Under the pieces are notes generated by a model. The model was not told the DNA's origin, searched no databases, and worked only from the letters and a program-made list of their open reading frames with translations. Shown in pieces: positions 50,443 through 60,861 of a stretch of DNA of 64,000 nt. Location of the stretch: positions 61,318,001 through 61,382,000 of the forward strand of contig CM060733.1 in assembly GCA_030704615.1 (NCBI GenBank). The letters are read 5' to 3'. This stretch comes from Takakia lepidozioides. Taxonomy: Eukaryota; Plantae; Bryophyta. Each line of letters opens with the position of its first letter. Position 1 is the first letter of the stretch. The position numbers and the translations under genes are program-made.

Positions 50443-51949
50443 TCGTATCTATGAGTGCTAGATACGAGTTAGTTGTAGCACTTGTGGTTTTTGCTTGAGA
50501 ATGAGAGAAACCAAGTTGTTATGCAAGGAGCACCGTGGAGCTCTTGGTTGTTAGAAGCGGAGGCGATGTGGGTTACGAGGTGGTAAACCTTGGCATTCGA
50601 TCTTCAGCTTCAGAGATGAAAGCACCATACTGTAGGTAATTCCAGAGCACCTTGATGGTTTCAGATTGTGTACATGCATGAGCAAGCACGATTGGGAAGA
50701 GGACCAGTCAAGAGCAGGTTATATGTGGCTTTGGTGGCAAAGCTGAGAACTGGACTTGGGAATGCGAGCTGTCATTTGTGAAGGATTGCAAGACCAAGCG
50801 AAAGGGCTGATTTGGCTTGGGGCAAATCAGTGCACTTTGTGGAGTATGGTGAGATTGGGTTTCAATCTCGAGCTTCAGCATTGAGAGGGCTCTTGTCATG
50901 GCGAGAGCAGGGCTGGAACAGGAGCTAAGAGGTGCGGCAAGGCCATGGAATGTGCACCTAGGGTTACAGAGCTTGGAAAGAGCTCTTGCACCACAAGAGA
51001 AGTGTCTTATGGCTGGAAATGTAAGCCTTAGGGTTTCAGGAGCTTGGCAAAGGCTATGGAGTGCTTAGTCTTGTCTTAGAGAGCATCAAGGAGCCAAGGA
51101 GCCAAGATAGGGGCTGATATCTCTTGTGTGAAGAGGTTGCATGTGTGGAGCATGTATTCAGCTCATTGAAGCTTCCATCTTCAAGCTTGGAGGGCAAGCA
51201 AGGAAGAGGGAAGGGCTGACTTCCCTTATGTGAGGGCAATGCATGTGTGGAGCATGCTATCAGCCTGGTGAAGGCTTGCACTTTCAGGTGTGGGAGTGCA
51301 AGAAAGGAAGGAAGGGGCTGTTTCCCCTGTAGGGCATGTGGAGCATGCTTTCAGCATGCTGAAGCTTGTATTTTCAGGTTTGTGGGTGCAAGAAATGAGC
51401 AAAGGAGCTGATTCTTTTATGGTGAGAGTGGGGCATGTGTGGAGCATGCCTTCAGCCCATTGAGGCTCTTGTTTTCAAGCTTTAGAGAGCTAGAACGGAA
51501 GGTCTAGGGCTGGTTTCCACTTGGAGTGAAAGAAAAAGCACTTGTAGGGCCTATGTGAGTTGGGGTTTCAACTTCAAGCTTGAAGGGAGCGCAACTCTTG
51601 AAGCAGCAGGTGTAGGGGGCTGGAAGAGGCTCTAAGACAGATGCTATGGCCAAGGAGAGTGCTTGAATGAGTGCTCACAAGGGCTGGGAACCAGCAGGGC
51701 TTGGTTTTTTGCCATTGAGTTTAGTGGCGTGTTTGGGTAGGCTAAGTGGAAAGAAGGCTTGGTTTGTGGCACCACCTCATGGCTTAGGGCTACTATGGTG
51801 GTGTGGGGAGCCGAAAGAGCAAGGATACCTTGCTGATTTCCTCACAGCCACCATAGCTCGGTGGAAAGAAGCCTAGAGTCCAAGAGACACAACCCTAGCT
51901 TGGCGTGGCTAAACCCCTTGGAGAAATGGCTAAACTGCCAGAGCGGCCA

Positions 51950-52335
51950 TGTGTGGGCTGTGTCAGGCTGTGGCGAGCTGTGACGGGCTGTGACGGGCTG
52001 TGGCAAGCTGTGACAAGGCTGTGATGGCTGTGACAAGGCTGTGCCATGTGCCCTGTGGGGCTGTGACGGGCTGTGCAGGCTTGTGACAGGCTGTGCCCAG
52101 TGGCCTTTTGGGGGCTGTGACGGGCTGTGCGTGGCTGTGACAGGCTGTGCCCTGAGGCCTGTGGGGCTGTGCGGGCTGTGACAAAGGCTGTGCCCTGGCC
52201 TTTGGTGGCGCTGTGACAGGCCGTGCCTGAGGCCTTTGAGGCTGTGACGAGCTGTGAGGGGCTGTGACAGGCTGTGCCCAGTGGCCTGTGGGACGTGACG
52301 GCTGTGCCAGTGAGCTTTGGTGGGCCTGTGCCTGG
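51950..52335. repeat. About 10-bp gctgtgacgg minisatellite in the 5' leader of copy 3
   Basis: Tandem ggctgtgac units; counterpart in copy 2 at about 63610-63757. Confidence 0.85.
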
Positions 52336-52691
52336 TCTGTGGTGGCCCGTGTTGACCTTGGAGGCCTGTGCTGACTCGTGGAGGCACTGGTGGACTAAGA
52401 CTTGGCATGTGGTCTGGAAGGCCAAATTTTGAAGCTCGTGGATGGCGGTTTGAGGAGTATCTTCAATGAATTCCATGGTCATGCAAATTCAAGGTGTAGG
52501 CTATGTTAGGAACTTAGTATTCCAAACCATAAGCCGCAACAGGTTCTCTACTACCCCTACCTTGTTACCTTGTGGAGAGGGGGTTAGGGACATGTTCATG
52601 ACCGGTTGAGTGTCAACACGGAGGTGCCACTAGTTGCTGGGGACAGTGCCGGTTCGAGCACTAGCGATACTAGTGGGTACACGAGACGGGT

Positions 52692-55300
52692 GTGCGGTTT
52701 AGGCCACCTTCACCTCCTGTGTCTTCCACGGAAGGTTCTGATTCGGATTGTGAATCAGGAGGGCTCATACCGGCGGTGCAAGTTTATTTCTTTGCCATTA
52801 TTGTGGGACACAACGGAGGAGATGTATGGAGCTACCAAGGGGCCACGAAGGTACTCTGGGCGGTGGGCACCATTGAGTTGGATGTTTTATCCAAGAGTTT
52901 GATAGTTGGTGTGATTTGCAGCAAATGCGCAATCCACAACTATTTACGCCGTTCATGGCATGGAAAGGGCTGTTTCAGCACCTTGAGGGCCGCCTATGGA
53001 TGATTACCATGAGATCAGCAGGCGGGGGCATGAGGTTGAGATCGAGGAGTGGAGGATGTACTGGTCACCCGACTATGTCTCCATCACTAGGGGCACTAGA
53101 GCCACGAGGGCAGTGGCTACACCTGCCGCTGCACCGGCAGCTTCAGCAAGCAGCAGTGGGACTGGTGGTACAGTAGCTACGACGTCCACCCAAGCCACTA
53201 CCGCACCAGCACTAGCACCCGTGCCTGCCTTCAACCCTGTTGTGGAGTTCTTCGAAGAGTTGAGAGGGAACTACCAAGGGGTGAGGACAGAGAAGTTGCG
53301 GAGCTTGCAAGAGTTCCAACGGAAGCCGACCGAGAGCTTGAGGGAGGCTTTCACTCGCATGAGGCGCTTGATAAATGTAACCCAAGGGGTTACGGAAGCT
53401 CAGGCAGTCCAATTCTGGTATGGGATATTGGACAAGGAGCTGAGGAGAAGGGTGCGGGATGCAACTCTCCTACAAGCGGCCCAACCCACCTTAGCAAATG
53501 TGTTTTTGCTGGCAGAGCGGATAGAGCTCAACATGGTGGAGGAACGAGTGGTCATGGTGGGATTTGCTAAGGAGACACCACGGGGTAGTGGTGCTCCTAG
53601 CCAACCACTACCTCAACGTGCTCAAGGCAACAAGGGGGCTCAGGTGAAGCTCAGGGAAGGGCAGAGAGGACCTCAGATGCAGGGGTCTCTCCCTTCATTT
53701 GCTGGCCAAACAACGGGCGGATGTGGTGTGCTGGACATGTGGAGGACCCCATGTCAAGAAGGATTGCCCAGAGGGAGGCAAAGGGCCGGCACATGCACAG
53801 CCTGCACAGTTGCAGTGTGGGCATTGTGGCAAGCACGGGCATGGAGAGGCCCAGTGTTATGGTTGCATCCTGAGTTGCGCCCAGGCCAGTTCCAAGGGAA
53901 CAATGGTGGCCGGGGCGAGGTGGAGCAGCCCAGAGAGGACGAGGTGGCCAGCCACGAGGTGCAGGCCAAGGGCAAGCTCAACGTGGCCAAGGACGCGGGT
54001 CAGGGTGTTGACCAAGGCATGGCCAACCGGCTCAGCAGCTAGAGCAGAGGCTCGCTGCCATGGCTACAGCTCAGGTGGTACCGGCTCTAAGGCCGGATGG
54101 TCCACCTCCTGCTCCTGAGGGAGGAGATATGGGAGGCATGGGATTCATGTGTGGAGCAGCACTACCACTAGTGCAGGTGGAGTCTGCTGCAGCCGTGACT
54201 CGAGGAGCAGCACGAGTTCCTGAGCCACGAGGTGCAGAGGTGGAGTTGGATCCACAGCGTGGGGAGGCAAGCCGTCAGGCTAGGCTTCCTCAGTCATTCA
54301 CATTGGCGGAGACAGTGTCGACGCCATCCATGGCACCTAGTTCTCGCCCGACTGTTACCGAGGCGGAGGTTACTATGCCATTGGGGAGAGCTACACGGGT
54401 AGCACCACTACCTAGTGTTGCCAAGGCTACGGCAGCTAGTGTGCTGCTAGGAGCGGCCACATCTGTGTGCCAGGCTCCATTGTTCTCGGCTACCATGATT
54501 GCGACGCCGGGGGTAAGACCAGCTGAGGTGTTCAGGCTGGCAGCTACACTCTGTGAGAGTGGGGAGGTTACTTCATCTTCTGCGGAGATAGTGGGAGGTG
54601 TAGTGCCGGAGGGATCCTCGGATTTGAGGGTCAAGACTGCCACGGCGGCGCCATGGCAAGCTGCAGCTGCCAGGTTGATGGAGCTGCCAGCTAGGCCAGC
54701 CATTGAGCGCGCCATGGTGACACCTGGAGTTGTCATGTTAGACAACCAGGATGGCATTTTCTGTTTGAGTGGACCGGCAGGCAAGAGGTACCGGCCCTGC
54801 GAGTCTTGTTGGACTCGGGAGCTCAGCCACTGATGCTGGGCAGAGCTGCTATTGCAGGCTTGGGCCTCACGGAGGCGGATATGGAGCCTTGTCCTTTCCA
54901 GATACAGACGTCTCTGGGAGGATCGGAGCAGGCTCGGGGCATGACACGGCATGAGTTGGCTATCAGACTACGGCCGGATCACCCTACAGATGGCTCAGTG
55001 ATGCGAGCCAAGGCCATTGTGACAGACGCAGTCTCATACGATGTCCTGGTTGGTGGGGCAGTGTTGTACCCCATGGGCTTCACCCTGGATTTTTGGGAGG
55101 AGTCAGCTTCCTATAGGCCTGCATGGCAGTCAGGGGAGGGCCGGCGTGTGCAGCTCCCTGTGACGTTCATAGGAGGAGTTGCGGTTGCCCAGCGAGGCAA
55201 GATGCCGACACTAGCAGCATTCACAGCGGCAGTGAGTTGGCCTAGAGAGTTGCTTGAGGGCAATGCTCATTCAGAGGATACCACCCTCCGGGAGAGCAGG
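52692..55300 (+). pseudogene. Gag and aspartic protease, copy 3 (frameshifted as given)
   Basis: QRKPTESLREAFTRM, CWTCGGPHVKKDC and CGHCGKHGHGEAQC knuckles, LDSGAQPLMLG, YDVLVGG. Confidence 0.88.
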
Positions 55301-55529
55301 ATGACATGTATGGTATGGCGGAGTTGCCTACCATGGTTGCTCAGACTCCATTGTGGGGCACGAGCAAGGATTTGCAGCGGGATGCTGATCGACGGGTGCA
55401 ACAAGCCTGGGTGGAGGCTTTTGTACCGTCAGGAGAGGAGGAGAGTGTGGGATTGCACCAGGACCACCTCAATTGTCTCCATTGGACACCACACCTATTG
55501 TGTGGCAGTATCCGGATGAAGGCATTTGT

Positions 55530-56773
55530 CTTCTGGACTTGTTTGGCGGGATCAGCACCGGATTGGCTGCTGTGTTACAGGCAGGTGTACGAGTTCGGCG
55601 TTACCTGTATGTGGAGAGGATGAGACTGCACGACGCGTTTCACTTCGCCATGTTGCTCAGTTGGTGCAGCGGTACCCTGAGTTGTTGTCGGTGTCTGCAA
55701 TTCGTGGATATCAGCAGGCCTTGCCAGCAGACATTTCGTTGCTGGGGGGGCAGGATTTGGAGCGGGTTGGCTCCATTGATCTGGTAGTGGCAGGTTGGCC
55801 CTGCCAAGGGCATTCATCAGCCGGGCATGGCAATGGATTGCGAGACTCGAGGTCGGGTCTGTTTTGGGAGATGGTGCGGGTTTTGCGCCACTTGCAGCTT
55901 CATCAAGCTGTATCTCCAGCATACATCTTGGAGAATGTGCCACTGATGGGCGATTCTCGGGCCAGGGTGATGGCCAGTGTGCATCAAGTCCGGTCGTGGC
56001 TTGGGTCAGCAGTGTTGCTAGATGCAGCTACAGTGGGGTCACGGGCTCATCGTCCACGGCTATGGTGGACTAACATGATGCCACCCGCACTGCTCAAGCG
56101 TGCATTTGATGGGGTGCAGCGGCCAGCACATCTCACAGTGGATAACATTCTGGACACAGGGAGGCAGTCTCAACGTGTGAGACACGATGACCGTTCGCCT
56201 TTGGCAGTGGTCAACAAGGTGGGTCAACCACGAGCAGCATTACCTACACTGCTCAGCTTCCCAGGATCGCATGCTTTCCGGGATAGTGGACCTGGCCTCC
56301 TGTGGGATGCTCAGTTGCAGCAGTTAGTGGAGCCTAATGCTGACGAGCGTGAGCGGGCAATGGGTTTTACCACTGGTACCACGGCGGTGTCGTCTCTTCT
56401 CTTCTGAGGCATCACGTCGTCAAGTGTTGGGGCAAGCAATGGATCTCAATTGCTTGACCTGGATTATCAGCTTGGCTCTGCTGAGCAACGCAGAGTGCGG
56501 AGTACACTTCCCTCAATGGTCTCTCTGCCTACCGAGACGGTACAGGCAGTGAGTGGGGGCGAGCATATGAGGACCACGGGGTGCATGCATCCATGGCACA
56601 CGTGGGAGGTGCTCGAGGTTCAGAGGGAGTTGGCAGCCAAGGCGGCTGTGATGGATGAGGTTGGGGATTCTTCTCGAGTTGAGGAGGTCCTCAAGGATGA
56701 GATGATGGGGCAGGATGAGGCCTTGTCATTGACTGAGCAGGTAGGGAGTACTGCTCAAGAGGTTGCAGCATAG
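55530..56773 (+). CDS. DNMT3-like C5 cytosine methyltransferase domain of the polyprotein, copy 3
   Basis: LLDLFGGISTG (55530), DLVVAGWPCQ (PCQ 55799), ENV (55931), LDAATVGSRAHRPRLWWTNM, ERERAMGF, RRQVLGQAM; one-base frameshifts near 55620 and 56400. Confidence 0.9.
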
Positions 56774-59700
56774 CAACCACGGGACGCGTCCTCTACCTCT
56801 AAGCCCACTGGACTTAAGGTTGTAGTTACGGAGGACAATTGGGAGCCTGACATTGGACCCATTGTCACCGGAGGAGAGAGAGACGTATACGGCGGTTCCT
56901 GAGGGCTTACAGGAATTGCTTTGCCTTCAGTTTGAAGGACTTGGGAGCACTGAAGGGTCAAGAGATCCGTATTGAGTTGGCCACTGACACGCCAATCTTT
57001 CGGAGACCCTATAGATACAGTGACATGGAGAGGTCTTTGATTCAGATGAGGACTCAAGATCTCTGGGAGGCAGGTTTGGTGGAGCTCTCTGGTGGAGAGT
57101 ATGCTTCAGCCACAGTGATGCCAGCCAAGAAGGATGTCTATGGCAATTGGACGGAGAGACGTATGTGCGGTGATTACCGGCCTGTAAATCGTCAGACCAA
57201 GTCCGATAAGTATGCCATGCCAACACCAGAGGAGATCTTTGATGCCATCGGGCATGCTAAGGCCTTTAGCACTTTGGATTTACGATCCGGATATCACCAG
57301 TTGCCAATCAAGGAGGCGGACAAGCAGAAGACGGCATTCTGGGGATCAATGAGCACGGCAAGGATTGCCTATATCAGTGGCGGTTCTTACCATTTGGGCT
57401 TAAGAATGCTCCTGCAGAGTTTCAGAGAGTCATGGATAGGATTCTAGCAGGGGTGGACTTTGCTCGGTGCTACATAGATGACATCATCATCTTTAGTGTT
57501 ACGATGGAGGAGCATGAGAGACACCTTCAGGTGGTATTGGAGCGCTTGAGAGCGCACGGATTGAAGTTGCATCCGGGGAAGTGCAAGTTTTTCCACAACC
57601 AGATTGAGTATCTGGGTCACATGATATATCCTGGAGGATTGGGGGTACAGCAGACTAAGGTAGAGGCCATTGCACAAATTCCACGCCCCACGGATGTGAG
57701 CCGAGTTCGAGCTTTCATGGGGTTGGCAAACTATTATAGACGGTTTGTCAAGGGATTTAGTACCATTGCAAAGGCTCTAACCAAGCTGACCAAGGTGGAC
57801 CAGGAGTGGCAGTGGGAAGATGAGCAGGAACGAGCTTTTCAAGAGCTCAAGGCGAGGTTGACCTCGGCGCCTATCTTGAGACGACCTATCAGGGGGCGTC
57901 CCTTTCAGCTGCATACGGATTGGAGCATGCTGGGGCTTGGAGCGGTGCTCACACAGGTGGATGATGAGGGAAGAGAGTTCGTAGTGGCTTACGCTAGCCG
58001 CTCGAACAACGCTGCAGAGGCTAAGTACAGCTCATATGAGGGAGAGTGCTTAGCTGCAGTGTGGGCCGTGGCACACTTCAGGTGCTATCTATACGGCAAT
58101 CTTTTCACCCTTGTCACGGATCACCAGCCACTCAAGTGGTTGATGGAGTCAGACAAGCTTACGGGGAAGCTTGCACGGTGGGCACTTATACTCCAGGAGT
58201 ATGACTTTCAGGTTGTGCATCGACCGGGTTTGGTCAATCGGGATGCGGATGGATTGAGTCGCAATCCATGCATGAGCCAGCAGGATGACACTGGAGCTCG
58301 GTGGCATGGTGAGACGGACGAGGAGATGGTGCCGGGATGGCACGCATCTGCATTTTTGTGTATCTTGGCATCGGGAGGTCAGATTGGACCTACAACAGGG
58401 ATGACTGTAGACGGAGTGTCTGAGGACCCTGAGGCTAGTGATGAGCTAGGTGGTGCCAGAGATACATGAGGATTCGGCTGTGTTGGACTACCTCCGCACG
58501 GGAGACACGGCAGCCATTGTGACTGCCAGGGAGAGGGATCGGATCCTGCAACGAGCCAAGAGGTTCAAGTGGGAGGGGATACACCTACTTCGAGTGTGGG
58601 AGGATGGTCGGGTGAGGATTGTGCCTCACCCCACACAGCGTGCACGGTTAGTGCGGCATGCCCATGAGGAGTTGGGGCATTTTGGAGTGCGACGCACTCA
58701 CAGTTTACTGCAGGGGCAGTATTGGTGGCGTGGTATGCATACAGAGGTGCAACAGTTTGTGGCTAGGTGCATGGTGTGTGACAGGGTGCGTGCTTCATTC
58801 AACGCCCTACACCACAGTTGCATCCTTTACCATCATGGGATTGGGCTACAGGTGGAGTCTTGACTTCGCAGGACCGTTGCCACTGACTATGCGCCACCAC
58901 AGATATGTGTTGGTGATGGTGGAGCACTTCTCCAAGTGGATTGAGTTGGTTCCATTGCCTGACAAGGCTAGTGAGGGGCTGCGTATGCATTCTTGGATCG
59001 TGTGCTTAGCCGATTTGGTGCTCCAGCTGAGGTACTCACGGACCAAGGAGAGAGTTCTTGGGGGAGTTTCAGGCTTTGTGTGATAAAGCCTTGATAGACC
59101 ACCGCACCACTTCTCGGGATCATCCTGAGGCCGATGGCTTAGCAGAGAGAGTTGTTCAGACGGTGAAGAGGGGTTTGCGCAAGTATGGCTTGCAGAAGGG
59201 ACACCTAGGAGATTGGGATCTTCAGGTTCCTTGGTTAGCCATGGGCTACAGGTTCAGCAAACAAGCATCACTTGCCTCCTTCTCACCATATTTCCTTCTC
59301 TTTGGCCGAGAGCCGGATTTGCCTGCAGCCATTCGTAGGGACACTGCTCAAGTCCTTAACCTTGACGATCCGGACGTGTGGGTACGTGCATGTGATCAGC
59401 GTGCAGAGTTGTTCAAGAAGTCATGCCCATGGCTTTTGAGAACCTTGCCATTGCACAGCACCGTGATACGTTGAGGTATGCCACTATACGTGGTGGAGGA
59501 TATCGTCCTGGGGTTCGGAGGTTTAGCCCTGGTGACTATGTTTATTTGCAGCAGACTGCTCCTACGACTCTGGATGTTACTGCAGGGCGTGTTATTCTGA
59601 GGGTTCGAGAGGTGTTGCCCTCAGGGGTCCTGATCTTAGAGGGTCGGGATGGCATGACTTGGAAGGACCATGTGCGTAATTGTGCGCCATGTCACCTTCC

Positions 59701-59898
59701 CAATGTCGATGGCAGAGTTGACCCAAACTTGGCAGTGGTACCTGCAGGTTTGAGGTGCATGCTCTGTGGGTCTGCCAAAGGGCAGCCACCATGCTGGTGT
59801 GTGATCGATGCTCAAGGGGTTGGCATATGGGATGCTTGACACCACCTCTTGAGAAGGTTCCTGACGGAGATTGGTTGTGTCCACACTGCTTGGGATAG
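56774..59898 (+). pseudogene. RT-RNaseH-integrase-PHD, copy 3 (frameshifted as given)
   Basis: [48 protein letters not shown] core, PHD 59756-59889, stop 59896-59898. Confidence 0.95.
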
Positions 59899-60156
59899 TG
59901 GCAGTGGACATGACTGGAGGCAGCTAACAAGACATGGGAGGCCAAGCTCATAGGAGTCAATACATGAGATCCCAAGCTCAAGTTCACAGGTTGCAAGACG
60001 GCGACTAACGATGGGGCAACTCTTGCACCCGGCCTCTTGATCTATCGAGTTTGAGTGTAGTAGGGATAGTGGTGGAGGACTTAGTGAGGCTATGGTCACT
60101 ATCACATCTTGTGGCTACCTGGACTTAGAGGGACCTAAGCACCAGCTAGGGGGGCG

Positions 60157-60861
60157 ATTGTGTGGACTAGTGACTGCCATAGTGGGCAGCGTAGTGGCAG
60201 CCTAGTGACTGACTAGTTGTAGCCTAGTGGTTGGACTAGTGGCTGGACTAGTGGTAGACTAGTGGTATACTAGTGTGTGGTGTGCACATGTGTTGTGTGG
60301 TTTTGGACAGCGATGTAGTTGTGTAGCGATATGTATGCGCACGACAGCTGTCAAGTTATTTTACCACTAGTGTGAAACTAGCTAGGAAATAGCTAGCTTT
60401 TACATATTGACATTTGGATTGGCCCAAGTGTCAATCCAGGGATCAAGGCAGATTTAGGCCCTGGAGTGGTTATCTTCACGGCAAGCGCGGGAGGCTCATC
60501 TTTCTCGAGTTGAGCCTCACCGCGCCTAGCTATGGCGCCGTAGTGTGGATTCCCATGGCGTGGGTGCACTTGGCTTGACTTGTATTTGAGTGATGAGGTT
60601 ATATATGCATGAGTTTATGCTTCAGCTTTGTGAGCTCGCATGAGCTCGTGCTTGTATTCTTCTTCTTTATCATTGTGTGGACTAGTGACTGCCATAGTGG
60701 GCAGCGTAGTGGCAGCCTAGTGACTGACTAGTTGTAGCCTAGTGGTTGGACTAATGGCTGGACTAGTGGTAGACTAGTGGTATACTAGTGTGTGGTGTGC
60801 ACATGTGTTGTGTGGTTTTGGACAGCGATGTAGTTGTGTAGCGATATGTATGCGCACGACA
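60157..60861 (+). repeat. 3' split-repeat block B1-GC-A2-B2 of copy 3
   Basis: B1 and B2 are 190 bp each with one substitution seen; junctions gaca-gc-tgtc (60343-60352) and tttatc|attgtg (60666-60677). Confidence 0.95.

Larger units (their letters stand above)
50100..60861 (+). mobile_element. Methyltransferase/PHD gypsy-like retroelement with split direct repeats, copy 3 (full length)
   Basis: TGTC...GACA ends; 4-bp TSD ACAC (50096-50099, 60862-60865), with the empty site ggcactacacctccc visible in copy 1 at about 8178-8192. A1 50100-50425, PPT 60148-60156, B1 60157-60346, GC, A2 60349-60671, B2 60672-60861. Confidence 0.95.

Noticed and set aside
51842-52482. Long ORFs 51842..52408 and 51895..52482
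   Set aside because: They result from a stop-poor 10-bp minisatellite and are not conserved in copy 1.
54290-54952. Antisense ORF shared by the copies (also 8028..8495 and 60790..61173)
   Set aside because: Shadow frame of a GC-rich coding region with no recognisable domain and variable ends.
55530-56480. Bacterial restriction-modification gene or contamination
   Set aside because: The domain is embedded in a retroelement polyprotein in three copies within plant DNA; motifs look DNMT3-like and there is no partner nuclease.
60157-60861. B1-A2-B2 block as an assembly duplication, or a normal 3' LTR plus a partial solo LTR
   Set aside because: The same layout and junctions occur in three independent, diverged copies, and the TSD directly flanks A1 and B2.
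50100-60861. DIRS/Ngaro tyrosine-recombinase element
   Set aside because: No tyrosine recombinase motifs seen; it has a DDE integrase, protease, PPT and TSD, and its methyltransferase is C5-cytosine type (PCQ/ENV), not the adenine type of DIRS.
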